The translations under genes were made by a program, and so were the position numbers. From Squalus acanthias (lineage: Eukaryota), in the NCBI GenBank assembly GCA_030390025.1, contig CM059435.1, positions 16,864,001-16,928,000 of the forward strand: 64,000 bases of DNA. The letters are read 5' to 3'. This document shows, in pieces, positions 38,345 to 52,290 of this stretch. Numbering within the stretch: position 1 is the first letter of the stretch; each line of letters opens with the position of its first letter. The notes beneath the pieces were generated by a model. That model was not told where the DNA came from. It ran no database searches and worked only from the letters and a program-made list of their open reading frames with translations.

Positions 38345-41300
38345 CTATTTAAAAAAAAGGGGGGGAAAGGAAGACATCAGTGACATCTGGTTTGCATAAT
38401 ACAAGAGAGTTGTGACTGTCAGAAAAATGCATCCTGTTAAATAAGTGTTCTAAAGAAATAAAATAAAAATGGCTCCACGTCTAATAAATTATATTATTTA
38501 TTACCCTGCTCGGTCCTGGAGTATGTTATCTTACGTTCACTTCATGGTTGAGAAACATATTAGTTTAAACTGAGCACAATTCTCAATCATTAAAAGGAAA
38601 ATTGTTTCATTTAGATGTGAACCCTAACTTCGATTCTTGGGTTATTATTGGATGTTCTACCAGGCGTCGAGATGTTTCATTTCTAACCCCACTAAATTAA
38701 ATAACGATTCTCTCTCGCGTTTCACATCCATTCTGTGCACCAGTCAGAACAAACGCGGCAAATTCCTGACATACTTATCCCGGATTACACCATGATTTCT
38801 GGTGAACATATTTTATATTTATTTACCCGCAGGACATCTTTACATTTATTCCTTCACCAAAGTTGCCTCCTGTCATTTGAAAAAAAATGAGATTAAAAAT
38901 AAAATAGTTATACTCAAATAATGAGCTATCCGTTGCATTCGAGATAGGGGTTTTTCAACTCGTTCCAACATTTCAATCGATAAAGACTCAATAAGGGGGA
39001 TTCGCTGTTGTATCAGGGAGTGTGGGGAAAGGTGGGGGTAGCGAGTGGCCATTGGCAAGTTTTACCATTCACGCTTATTTCTTAATTCTAAAGCGAATTC
39101 GAGTACCCGTGTTCCTCTACCACGCTATCTTCCAGGCATTGTACGGTCGAACAAGCTTGTTTGTGTAAGAGGATGCACATTACAAGTTTCTGGAATAAAA
39201 CGAGGAAACAGGAGATCTGAACATTGTTAGAAAATGTCCATATGGCAGGAGAAGGAATAAGTCTTTGCTTTTACTGCCTGTCTGTGAAACAAGACGAAGG
39301 TTTGGCACAGAGAATCTCAGACAACAGTCTGGACTTTCCCTTCCAATGAGCAGTAATAACGATAATCATCTCTGAAATGTACTTTTCAGTATGTTTTCCA
39401 AATAAATGGTGAAACGTCCTTGAAAACGTTTTTTTTTAAATTGAGAAACTGTATGTAATTCACTGTGACCAAGATAGACATCTGATGTCAACACTGTAAA
39501 TATATGTGTATGTTGTGTGGTTGAAACATGTCTGACAATCCAAGTTAGTGGTTACTTTGGTGGCGGGGAACAATTCTGGAAACGATAAATTTTCTTGTGA
39601 TCAAAAAAAATGGCATCCAAATGTTATGGGAGTGCGTTGTTACATATACACTGTAAAATAGGTTTTAATAGAAGGCACAAATAATTTCTAAGGAGGAGGG
39701 AAAAAAAAGATTATACTGTAGGCTTTTTTTTGGAAGAGGGTTGGTGATAGAAATCATAATGCCTTGCCAAACTTTCCCGTTTTTCATCAAAGTGTTTTTG
39801 GATGTTGACTGGTGGCGACAGGGAGACTGGCTCACAAGACTGATGGAATGCTCATTTGTGTTACAGAACGCTCTGTGATCCACAGCTCGATTTATCAATC
39901 ACACCTATTGCACTCGGTGACAAATGACAGCCTGTAGACGGAAAACAGGTCAACATTCTGGATTTATTCCCGCCGATGTCAAAACGTGCAGTAAACAAGA
40001 CCCCTTTTTTATATATATATATATAAAGGAGAGAGAGAGAAAACTTTTTATACTTTCCCCCATTCGGTTGCTGTGCAATTTTTTTTAGAGAGAAAAAAAC
40101 CGGTTTATGGATCTATTCAAACGAAGCAGATTCAATAATTGATCTCCCATTCTCCTATACTCCCGATTAAGCGCTGCTTCTACAGAAAGCAAAGTTTGCA
40201 TCAAATTGATTACCAGAGGAATTTCACGGGACATTGACTGCTTACTATGGTTTTGCTATGAGTTATATAAAGTCCTCTGATCCAAATAATATCAGCATAC
40301 TTCTGTTTTCGAAAATTGAAAAACATTTTCCCGCGGGCAGCAAATTTAAAATCTTGATAAGATTGGTGCTGGCGGCAAGTGTTGAGAACCCAATTTGTAT
40401 TTAAAATAATAGCTTTGGGTGTGTGTTGGGAGTCAGGGCATTGCTAGGAGGGGAATCTTTAAAAGCCTGCGGGCAGACCGAAAAGAATGTGAAAATATAT
40501 TTGGAAATGTAAATCTATGCTCTGAATCAGTAGAACGCAATATTCATATTAATAAATTTAGAACAAAAAAACCGAGACTGTGAACGTTGTCTCTCTGTCT
40601 GAAGGATTAGATCTGAGCCACTGCACTTAATATAAAACTCCTGATAGAGAAATCTTATCACAGTGCCCATTTATCATTTAATTAATTTAATATCGAATAA
40701 CTTAAAGATATTAATTGTATGTATATTTTTGGTGCATTTTCTTCCATGGGCTGTTAAAATAAAAAAAGTCTCTCTGTGCAAACCCTTCCATTAATTCTGA
40801 TCTATGACGCTTTAAAGTTGACGTTCAGTATTAGCAGGTAATGAAGTGTGTTTGATACTTGGAATGGTTGATCAAGTTTCACTGTCTCTCTCTTCATCTG
40901 TGGTAAATAAGGGGCTGTATTTGTAGATTGTTTTGGAGATGGGGCCAGAGCACTTCTAGACTTTTTAAAGAGTCTGCACTGAGCTAATGTGATCCAGTAA
41001 AGTGCTTAATAGGCTTACAAACCATAAATTGCGAATGTTACTTTAAACATCCTCAAAACTGTTTAGTGTTAGAAACTGACCCAGGAGTCCAGATTCAGCG
41101 AATCGCCATTGTTCAATGCTATCAGACAATGACATGAATTACAGCCTTACATTTTCTAGACTGAATATTTGTTGAGATAAAGACACTTGAGTAAAACAGG
41201 TATGAAACCAGCCAATCAAATTGACTGTCCTTGGTATTTTTATTACTTCAGAACTCCTTTAGGCTCCGAACTGGATTGCAAAACGCCGAATAGAATGAGG

Positions 41301-43109
41301 CATTATTATTTTTAATATGCCGATGACAGGGACGTCTCCAGATCGAACTTATAACCTTTATTCCTTTCAATGCACCGTATATAAAAGCGAATTTTAAACC
41401 CTCTTGTAAACACAACTCCAGAAAGATAATTGCAATATGTTATCCCTAAATATTAACTCTATATTTTAGACAGATGCTGTAGGCTTATTTCAATATGCTG
41501 CACAGATATGAATATCTAGCTGAGTCAAAAGGTACATGAACTGAAACATGCACTTTTCTATTTGCTGCTAATGCGGAATCTAGGAATAAAGTAGATTTGA
41601 TCTTTCCATATTGTTCTTGCAATGTCTTGATTACCTCGTATCCACGAAATGTATTACAAGCGCTAAACAAATGCTCAATTATAAAACATAAAAGGCCTAA
41701 AAGGGCTTTTAGTTGAGTTAACTGCTACAAAGTTAAACTGGAGCTCAATTTTCCCCGGGGGACTGGCCAAATGCTAGAAACACAAACATACACCTTTCTC
41801 CTCTGGCAAGAAGCAGAGGCACGTTAGTCCCTTACTTGGAATATACAGAAACCACGCGAAGAAACAGTGCAGTCAAACAGATATACCAATAAATTAGGTG
41901 TGGAAAGGAATGGGAGAAACCATACATTGCCGAAAGATCAAAGTGAAATATATAGAAACTGAAAGTATCATTGAGGCGACAGACGGTCGAAATTATTCTC
42001 TGTAATGTCTTAAAATCCAATAGAATTTAAAGGTTTGCAGTTAATGTCTGGTTGGGTGAATCCCATTTTGTCAAAAATAAATATTTTCTTTCAAGGCTTG
42101 ACAGAGATTCACAGTTATTTGTAAGGGCTGTCTACTGCATACTTATAACATGAATGTTAATGTGGTGACTTAACTTGCATGGTTTGGCCGATTGTAGAAT
42201 ACAGGTTACACATGCGACACCTCTATGCAATTCGAGTTGTCAAAACGGTACAATTATATTTGAGCAAAAAAAAGTAACCAAAATGATCCAATTAATACAA
42301 TGAGGATTAATAAATAATAAACTTGATTTTTTTTAAATTTTCTATCCCTTAACAGAGTGTAATGAATATAGACATAGACCGGTTTTAGTGACGACATTGT
42401 TAATTTCAATGAGAATCTTTTAACTTAAGTTTTGCTAGCTATATGCACGAAACAGATTAGATAGACAAATGGATAGAACATGGAACATTCTTTGAAAGAC
42501 ATCCTTAACTGATTATCTGAACTGAAGTTATAGTTGGAAATAGTTTCACTATTACCAGATGTCAGTGGACAATAGTTTCGGATGAATGATACGGAGTGGA
42601 AGCTATTGCTCATCGTCATCACAAAACCCGGGCTATTTCTGCCGAAAACGGGTGAAAAGGTGGCCCATTTTTAAAACAAATGACAGTCCAAGGGTATGAT
42701 AAATCAAATACTGACTGTAATTTCAAGCTATTAGGTACACTGTTGCCCCCGAGGTCATGCTTGCTGCCTCAGCCCTCCACTGCTGTCCATATTTGTCATA
42801 ATCATCATACCCTTCGACCGAGACACTAATTCTGATCACACGTGGACAGCACTGTCAGCGATTCAAAACCAAGTTCTAACCTGGCTTAGGCAGATGGAAA
42901 TACCCCGTTTTTTGGGTAACCAGATACATATTACTCCCAAATGTTAATCGTATTGGAGGGGAGGGGATGGTTTAGAAGGTAAGCTGTTGCTCTTCGGCTC
43001 AATACTTTCATTACTTATGCATTGGTATTAAGCAACATTTGTACCTTATTGATTATTTAGCAGTTTCCCTTCTTTTTGGCACATTTGAAAATAGATTTCA
43101 GTTACCTAC

Positions 43110-43638
43110 CCAGACTGGACCTCCTCCCAGACATGGAGACTTGTCTGGCCTGTAGACTGTGAATCATGCTGCTCTCGAAGGGTCCAGGTGGCCAGCCTGA
43201 CGTCATCTCTGGGCCGACATAGGTAGGATATGGGCTGGAGTAGGATCCATTGACCGACCTGACCAGGGCATTGCCGTATTGTTCCCTGCCACTAGCGCTG
43301 ATGACTAAGGGGTTGCTATACGCCGCATCCCTCCCAGCACCGTGGCTCATGGGGGGACTGTGAGAATAAGAGAAGGTGGTTGAAGGATGAGGGCTGCTGG
43401 GGTTGAATCCGGAGCTTTCGGTACCTGGTTGCGGCCAGCCTGTGTGATTGCTCAGGTGATGACTCTGATGGGCCGATTCACAGTTTTGTAGGTACGGTAT
43501 GCTGGGCAGCATGGAGGGGACCCTAGTTGTGGGCACATACACAGGTGAGCCCGTTGAAGAATGCATGAAATTACCGGAAGCGTCGTGGGGATAGCTTGGT
43601 TGTCCATGGTTTGCAGCTAGTGCTAGACTTTGGTACAT
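43110..43638 (-). CDS. GATA5: GATA5 coding exon 1 (N-terminal activation domain)
   Basis: Translates MYQSLALAANHGQPSY...SPVYVPTTRVPSMLPSIPYLQNCE...REQYGNALVRSVNGSYSSPY...GRRSSL. An in-frame TAG lies just upstream of the ATG (TAG AAA ATG). Donor CTG G|gtaggt is phase 1. A probable acceptor tgtttcag| at 43840 would put the exon start at 43839. Confidence 0.95.
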
Positions 43639-43728
43639 TTTCTAGTCGACGTGACGTCCCGATGCGTTGCGAAACAAATGCACACAGAAAGTTTTTGAGT
43701 TCGAAATATGCGCAAATTCGATTTGATA

Positions 43729-43749
43729 TCAGTTCATTGCTGATTTCAT
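43729..43749 (-). promoter_or_regulatory. Short upstream ORF (MKSAMN*) in the putative GATA5 5' UTR
   Basis: ATG AAA TCA GCA ATG AAC TGA lies between the inferred acceptor (43840) and the main ATG (43638). Confidence 0.5.
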
Positions 43750-44869
43750 AAACAAGGCGATTCGATCACAACGAGGGCGAGGGAAGATAACCTTTAATTC
43801 ACGTCTATCCGCGTTCTTTTTTTTAAGTAAGAAATTCACCTGAAACAGATAATAGATTGGAGTTACACAACAGACAATCTCCGATGCAGTGCTCACATTC
43901 AGTTTGATGGAATCCAGAAAAGTGAAGTACCTGGTCTAAGTGACAACTTCCGCTCAACTCTGTAAAAGCCTTTTATGCAACCATTTCACTTTATTCCAAC
44001 ACTTTAAATTTGGAGCATTAAATTCTGACTTTTTTTTAAAAACAAGCAATTTAAAGACTCGAGCGGAGCTGCAGATTGTACCTTTCTAAAACAGACATGT
44101 TTTCGCCGTGCGATTCCATATCAAAAATAGTTCAATGATTCCGAGCATGAAGAAAATGTTCCCAATCCTGTTTTGATTTAAAATGAATTTCTGGACAGAC
44201 GCAGCATGATACAGTTTGCAATTTCATTATACCGCCAAAAAAAACCACAAGATACAGGTAAGTTGATGTCCCGGCCTGCAATATTCCTCGGGATAAATCG
44301 CACAGATACCCCAAGTATCTGAATCTCACTCGGCCAACTCGTACAGTTCACTCCCATCTGAATGTGTACGTGAGTGAGGCGGAAAATTAAAAGAATATAT
44401 ATATCTAAGGCGTGTCAAAGACGCCTGTGCCTTGAACTGAAGGCGCCCAATAAAACTTTCCAGCTTGGAATTTAGTTTTTATTATCTATGATCACACAAA
44501 TCACAAAACAATATCGATAACTGCGCTGCCCCAAAGTAATAGCGTTTTAGTTAAGGCTTTACATGTATCCTCTATCTGCGAGATAAGGTAACCTGACAGA
44601 TAAGGACCGGGGGGTGGGGGGGAAAAAACTACAGCCGACGGATTCATTGGCCTGAGAAGCACTTAGCACAAAATTACTTACGATCGAATCCGGAGCGATC
44701 CGCCGCAGGGAGGAGAGGAGAAAATAAAATATTTGGGAAAAACTTTTAAAAAAAAATACACACAAGTATCCAGAAGGATTGCACGGAGGAGATTGCAATT
44801 TGTCAGTGCGATGTGCTCGGTGAAGGAACTGTTGCTCCGGGTGGTTTCTGATACGGACTGACCTGTCTC

Positions 44870-45040
44870 CTATCTTGATTGGTGACTTGTTTCAGAAAGC
44901 TGCCTGTGTTTTTCTCCGCTTTAACGCTGCCAATTCACTGAGCTAATTGTAGCCCCGAGCCCACGTGACGCGGGCCCTCCTCCCACTCCTCCTCCGCCGT
45001 ATTTACATAGCAGGACATTGTATTCTTAAAGAGACAGGGA
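44870..45040 (-). promoter_or_regulatory. Candidate GATA5 proximal promoter
   Basis: CpG-rich patch ~1.1 kb upstream of the first coding exon acceptor. It holds E-box CACGTG (44962-44967) overlapping TGACG, a CCTCC/GC-box tract, CCAAT motifs (~44878, ~44929) and TTAAAGAGACAG. E-box plus GC-box promoters are known for GATA4/5. The TSS cannot be located from sequence. Confidence 0.55.
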
Positions 45041-46060
45041 GCCCATTTGTCGGCCTTCATAATCCAATTTGAGGAGTGTTAACAATGTGGAAAGCAGGTA
45101 ACCCCGATTAGCCATGCGTTTTCTCACCCTTCTGCAATGGAAAAATGGAAAATAAACGGTAAAAATTAAAATGAAATAGAATGGGTTCCTGAAATTAGAT
45201 GTTTCAGAATCACCTCCTGCTCGCTCCTTGCTAGTAGGCTTACGACACGGCCTGTAGAAATCAGTTTAAACGTTTGTCCAAAGGAAAAAAAAAACATATC
45301 AGGACAATGGCAGTTTTACAAGGTCAATGATTGTGAAACGAGGTTTGTAGGTTTAACATTAATAAAAGCAACGAAATGGATCAAAATGCTAGCTGCAGCT
45401 TCAAAGTCTGCTTATGAGGGATCGGTATTATATTTATGGACGGTTCTGCACTATTGCATTTTCTCAAGCACTCCAATGCATTTCAGTATAAGATGTCCTT
45501 GTAGCAGAACATGATAAACTGGACAGTCCATCCGCAATCTATTGACACGTGTGTGAAATTGCTATAAACAGACTTGTTTAAAACTCCTCAAATTTAAATC
45601 CCCCCCCCCCCCCCCAGTTAACTGCAGATTTGATTTTGGGACCGTTTAATTCAATCTTAGATTAAACAAACAGAGAAAGTGTGTGCTTACAGAGACGGCG
45701 ACTTAGTCCATGCTAATTCCAGAATGGACGCATTTAATAGTCCACCGAGCTTATATTCAAAAGCTCAGTCAGTTCACCTATTTAGAGCGTTCTGCTTTGT
45801 TAAGTTCACTCTCTCATCTTAGCGAAGTGAGAGTTTTCGTTCATTTTGCATATTTTGATTACATTATAAAATAGCGTGCAACATTTTAAAAAAAAAACTG
45901 TGTATATGTATCTAAATATACAGCATACAACTCCCGATGTGACTTTATTATATATATTTAAATCAAATATGACAAAAGTCATACCGAGAGTGTATATCAT
46001 TTGTAATATTTCAGTATTTGGTTTTAAAGGCGCTATGTAGGACCATGCAATTGGCATAAA

Positions 46061-46101
46061 GGCCAAATGGCCTACTCCTGCTCCTATTTCTTATGTTCTT
46101 A
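46061..46101 (+). mobile_element. CR1 extreme 3' tail (~40 bp)
   Basis: ggccaaatggcctactcctgctcctatttcttatgttctta matches the CR1 3' ends elsewhere in the window. Confidence 0.65.
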
Positions 46102-49100
46102 TAATAAACATTTCCAATAGTTTTAATTATCTCTTGAACCTATAGTGCGTTCCAAGTTTCTGACCTTAGAAAAAAAGAGAAGCGTATCATTGCTTCTCAT
46201 GCAGTTAACAAGATTGTGTTGGAATGATTTGTCCGCACTGACCACGGGAATAGAACAAATATCAGAATGAGCACATTACCAATTTGAAAATCAGCGCAGG
46301 TTTCTCTAGGACCTTGTGTTTCTAGACTAGCAAGAACAGGTTGAAAACATTGCCTTAGATTCTGCCAAAATAAAAGGAGAATTGTCACTTATGTCACCTC
46401 TGTGGAATAATAATAGCGCATAAATTGTAAATTTAGATCAGAAAGTAAAGGCTGTTACTTTGACTTCGTTTGCAATTGCTCATTTCCCCCTTTAATTTTT
46501 AGTACAATGTAATCATTTTGTCTAACAAACCTGACAGTTTCCAAAATCTTTGTAAGGAATTCGGTTGCGATCAATGTATTTAATATCTACTTATAAGACA
46601 TATGTATTTGTGATATTCTTCACCGAGACTAATTTTCAAGCAGCGAACACGACTTCAAGCAAATTTAAAATAACTGTGCTGCCCTTGGGTCAGGCTGAGC
46701 TGTTGCTGTTTTTCTTCCTTCATCATCCCCGACCCGGGAAATAGCTTGAACCAAGTCATTTAACTCAGTATCGGGTACCTTGTATGTTTTGTAATGTAAT
46801 AATTGATAGAACACTCCGGTATTAATAGCTTATTGCAGATAAGCAGGATAATCTGTAAACGATTTAATAGGCAGTATCCCATTGACCTAAAAGGACCATT
46901 GGGTTATAAAAAAAATGTTTCATAGACGTCTTTTTAAAACGTTGAGATGCACCGATCAAGTGCCATTCCATGACCTACCAAGTGCTCCCCAATAAGGATT
47001 ACTCATTTCAGAGACTGTTATAATCGGCACAGAAACAATACAATCATTCTTCGCCCCATGTCCTTTTATTCCCAGTGCTACTTTCTTGGAGTATGCCCAT
47101 AAAATGTCCCCCAGCAATTTCAAGAACAATCTAATCGACCTTTCTTTACATTTTCAGCCTTTCCCCATTAAAAAAAAGTTTCCATTGGAGATAAATGCAC
47201 CTCAGTCAGTGCAAGAGGTTATCTTAAAACGTACGTGTGGAGTGATTTTACTTTACTCAGAAGGTGTCTTATTGGCCAGACTCTGATAGCAGCAGCGCGA
47301 TTTTGCCTCAGTAAGTTTGGGGCACATCTTGTAATTTCTCCTTCCCATCGCCGGACTTGCCAATTTCAGGTTAGTTGCAGAAATGCAATGACGTAGTAGC
47401 CAATCTTAATTTGTTTTACAGTCTATTAAATGTTACATAACTTCAGCTTTAAGTGAAATGGCCGCACTCAAACGGGGGAATCTCATTTTATCTAGTCACA
47501 AAGTTAACATTTGATTAATTTTAATGCTGGAAACAAATTATTTCTGCTGATGCGCTGAGGGAATCGTGATTAATAGACTGGGATATCATCACAACACTGT
47601 TGAGATACAATTGTCTCAGAGATGAGGAGAAAATGAACGCATTGTATGGCGACTGGTTGTGGTGTTTGTTGTCTCATGGTTAATAATAACTAGCTCCTGA
47701 CAGCAGACGTAAATTCAATTATATCGAAACAGCAAACAGTAAAATCCCCCTTTACTGGATTATTTTAATATAATTTAGATCGGGTCGATGATTGCATTAG
47801 CCGCGTCGGCTCCGTTTCAGGGCAATAATGCCTTGTGGAGCTCGCTGACTTGTGACGTGAGGGGGAGGCTTGCAGGGAGGGGCAATCAAGTGAAAAGAAA
47901 ATGTCAGCCTATACTGTTTGTCTTCGACTGATAATGTAAATAGCTTCTTAATTAAAGGAGACAGAGAAACAGTATGTGTGTGTGTGTAAGTGTGTGTGTG
48001 AAAAAGAGAGAGAGGAGATGTTGCTGTGCTTAGAGTTGCTCGTTATTACAAGCAAAACGCAGCATTTATGTTTAACAGTGTGTGTTAAACGAATGTGTTT
48101 TCAATGCCCGTGCACAAGAGCACGGTACACAAAGCTACAAGGAAATTATATGAGGAATGTTTTCTAGATTCCGAAATAAAGTTAAAAAAAACATACATTC
48201 CCATTCTAAATTGAATAAATAAGCATGTGTAAGATCGGTAGTAATTGCAGACAAGAATAATTCTATTACTTTTAATACACTGATCACATGGTGTACATTT
48301 AAAGATGTGATGTCATTTATCTTACAAGCATTAGTTTGCATAAGTTGAAATTCTGCGTGTATCTTTTGAAATTGACTCATTTTAGATCATAACTGCGAAA
48401 TAACAGGTTTCAACTCATTTTGCTGACTTAAATGACTCAAATAATCACACAAAGGACTGGCAATTTCAATTGTGAATGGATAATGCTCTGTTTTCTAGCA
48501 GCTCCATTTTACATAAGAATGCAATATTCATTTTCCTAAAGTTAATGCATATTCTGACGGTATCAACAGCAGTTGTGATAAGCCACATTTATATTTAATG
48601 ATATATAATTGTGTTCAGCCCCGTTATCGCTGCTGACCTGACTGATGTGACTTTTTAACAGTAGCAGTATATCATTGTGTATGTATATTTAATTATTATA
48701 TATAAAGTTCTTGAAATATAAATACCAGTTGATTTGTTGTACGATGGTAGATGTTATATTCGAAATTGTGTTTATGGTTTAAATAGAAAAGAAACGTTTT
48801 TATAGTGCGATATGTCATATTAAAATTTTTAATTTGTTATACTTTTACAATGTCTCTGTATATTATTATTGAAGCCAACTTAATGTTTCTTTATTATTCT
48901 AACAAAACGGTTACAAATAACTGATCTGGTGTGTTGAGTCTGGCCAATGTGGCAAGTTACCGACTTTAGATAAAGTTTCTGTCAAGAATCAAAACACGGG
49001 AAGTGTAAATACTCGATGAAAATAATATAAACCATATGGCTACAGTTTAATAGTAAATGTTGAAGCTATGTATTTTTAGCTGAAATAAAAGGTTGGCATG

Positions 49101-51048
49101 AACTTACTGTTAAAATAAGCAGAATGTCTACAGTATTAATCCCACAGTGTACTGGATCCTATTCCGCTCCACGATGACTCACTGTCGGTGTAGTTCTCAT
49201 TCAATTCCCTCACTCTCTGAATGAGATTTCGGTTGGAGGGCCGTTCTCTGTTGAGGATATTAATCTCTACTAGTGAAATTTTTTTTTTGCACTGGTCTTC
49301 TTGAGATCTTTCTCACTCTATATAAACAGGTCACAGATTACTACTTGAGGTCTTGCTCTCATAAGACGTTTGTATGTTGAGTCAATCTGAGTGGGTAAGG
49401 CTGTAGAAAGGGTCTCTGGGTGTCCAGGTTTCTGTATAGAAACTCACACTCTCTTGACAGGTGCATGGCCTTCACTCCAATTGTAAGGTTTTTGCATCAT
49501 GCCTCACCCTCTATCTGGGTTCTCACTTTTTCTATTGGTTTCTGTATGAGGTCACATTCTTGGACTCGCACATTACATATAGGTATCTCATGCGCTCACA
49601 TTATTTATGTAAGGTATTGTATGTAGATTCACTCTCTGTTCTCTGAATGGGGTCACTCTATAGTAGTGTCTTTATGTGGTCTCATTCTCTGTATAGTCTG
49701 TTTGGCGTCTCTCTTGATTGGAGTCTGTATTGGGTCCCATTTTTTGTTGCTGGTGTCAGTAGGGATCCTATTCTCAGCACTGGTCTCTGTAGGTGGTCCC
49801 CCTCTTTGTATTGGTTTCTCTATGCGCGAGATTCTTTGGGATTCTATCGGAAAGAGGGAGCACTGATAATATAGTGCAAGAGAGCCATCCATCTAGGAAC
49901 TCGAAAAATCTCCTGATTGCTGATATGGCCAGTCTGCCCCTGTCTGCATGGGCTTTCTAACTGCATCCTTATCTCTACTGGGTCTCTCTGTATTGGTGTC
50001 TGTATGGGGGTCTCACTCTCTGTCCCATTGTCTGTATGGAGTCTCAACCTCTACTGGTGACGTTATAGGGTCTATCTCTATATTGGAGTCTGTATAGGGT
50101 TCCACTCTCTGTCACTAGTGTCTGAATGGGGTCTGACTGTCCACTAGTCTCTGTATGGGGTCTCTTTCTCTCTCTGTATTGGTGTCTGTATGGGGTCTTT
50201 CTATTCTTGTTTCTTTATGGGGATTCACTCCCATTGTTGGTGTCTGTACTGGTTTTCTCTTGGTATTGATGCCTGTGGGCTCAATCTCTCTATTGGTGTC
50301 TGTCAGGGGTCTCTCTATACAGAGTTCTGCATGCTGTCTGACTATCTGCATGTATATATGGGATCTCACTATTTTTGTCTGTACGGAGTCTATTTCACGT
50401 TATTGGTGTCTGTTGGGGTCTTACTCTACTGGTGTCTGTATGGAGGACTCAGTCTTTGGATAGGTGTCTGCATGTGGTATTTCTGAATTGCTGGATAGGG
50501 TTTCTCTATAGTGGTGTCTGTATAGGGTCACCCATTATTGGTGTACACATGCAGTCTCTGAAATGGGTTCTGTATGGGGTCTTACTCTGTATTGGTGTCT
50601 TTACGGCAACTTAAGTTTCTGCAGCAGTTTCTATAAGGGCTTTCCACTCCATATTGTTGTCTGAATAGGGGTTAGCTCTCTTTGTTTGTGTCTTATTAGT
50701 GTCATTCTCTCTATATTAGTGTCTGTATGAGATCTCTTTCTGTATTGGTGTTTGTATAGGGTCTTACTTAATACTGTAGTTGGATTTTCCTGTGATTATT
50801 GCTCATTTTGGGGTGTATTTGTGGCAATAAATGGAATAAAATAGGGCTGTGATGCTTCATGCCTACACCCTGAAGAATACTGCTTCAATATTGCACCGAA
50901 TTATCCTCTCAAAAAAATCGCCAGTCCTCTTTAAGAACTGTCAGGAGTCCATCCTGCTGCATTTAAATGGGTCTCTGACCCATTTTATCCAACTTCCACC
51001 CCAAACTATTACTGCCATTATTAAGTGGCAATAGGAGCACCAGTAAGG

Positions 51049-51072
51049 TTAGGGTTAGGGTTAGGGTTAAGG
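51049..51072 (+). repeat. Interstitial telomeric-type repeat (TTAGGG)3 TTAAGG
   Basis: Directly visible. Confidence 0.8.
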
Positions 51073-51249
51073 CAGATACCATTGGAGGTGGCCATTTTCT
51101 TTGCTGATATTGAAGGTTGGTGTTACTCAGCAGCATATTGACCTGTTTGGTGCTTTGGAGGTTCTGTCAGGACCTTTGCTGCTATTTATAGTAGTGCTGT
51201 AAAAAGTGCAGCTTTGGACTGGGACATGGAATGAAGAGCAGGAGGATGA

Positions 51250-52290
51250 TGAAATGGAAGAGGCCAGACTGGTTACCCTCAGAGTGAGGTATCACAGAAG
51301 ATGTTTGTTGCCTACATACAGATACACACTCACTACAGCTTACAGATCAAAAAGGGTCTTACTTAGACTGCTCTGAAAGTCAGTATCTCAGAAAGCTGTA
51401 CTCCCCCCAAATCCTACTGGGGAGATATATCAACTGTTGGCTGAAGACCTGAAGGCCTTTTCCACAGCATTTTCTGTTCCTGTCTAGGTCACCACTGCCT
51501 TTAGTTTGTTTGCAACTGGATCCTCCCAGGTAGCATCTGGTGATCTTTGTCACATTAGTCAGTTAACATGTTACAGGATTATCATGGTCACTAATGCTTA
51601 TTCAAGAGGGCTGCACAAATTATATACTTTCCAATAGAACTAGAGAAACAGAGAGAGCTATCTAGTCCTACAGACTAGCAGGGTTCCACAGATACAAGGA
51701 GCAATTGACAGAATACATTCAAAGCCCCATTTGATAACCCCCTCAATTTTATGCACAGAAAAACATATAACTCTATTAATGTGATACTAGTGTGCAATAT
51801 CAATCACCTTATTCTGCGTGAGTGCCCAATACGTAGGAAGCTATCATGACAAATTCTTCATGTGACAAGCTGCCATAGCTGCCATCATGACTCAGAGACA
51901 TGCATGAGGATGGTTGCTTCATAATAAGGGCAAATTATACCAATAAATCTTCCACAGAGTGAGACAACAGATATAATAAAGGCCATGCAATTATAAGAAA
52001 TATCATTGAGCAGACTATAGCTATTTACAAGTCTAATTTTAGGTGCTTGGATAAATCTGTTGAAGCTATTCAATAAAGCCCAACCAGTGATCCAGAATCA
52101 TTGCGGCTTGCTGCATTCCACATAATATCACAATGAAGAAAGGTGTGCTGCATCCAGAAGCAGAAGAAGATGATGATGTAGATAGGAGGGTGAGCACCTC
52201 CACCATCCCCACAACATGAGATGGGTGCATTGGAAGGGGAGAAGGTGAACCAAGACTGCCAGCAACCAGAGAAAGGACATAACTTCTAGT
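51250..52290 (+). pseudogene. Harbinger (HARBI1-like) DDE transposase remnant
   Basis: Collinear motifs FATGSSQVASGDLCHISQ, LAGF/QIQGAID, HRKTYNSINVILVC, GSYHD and IIAACCIPHNI, with stops and frameshifts. Confidence 0.8.
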
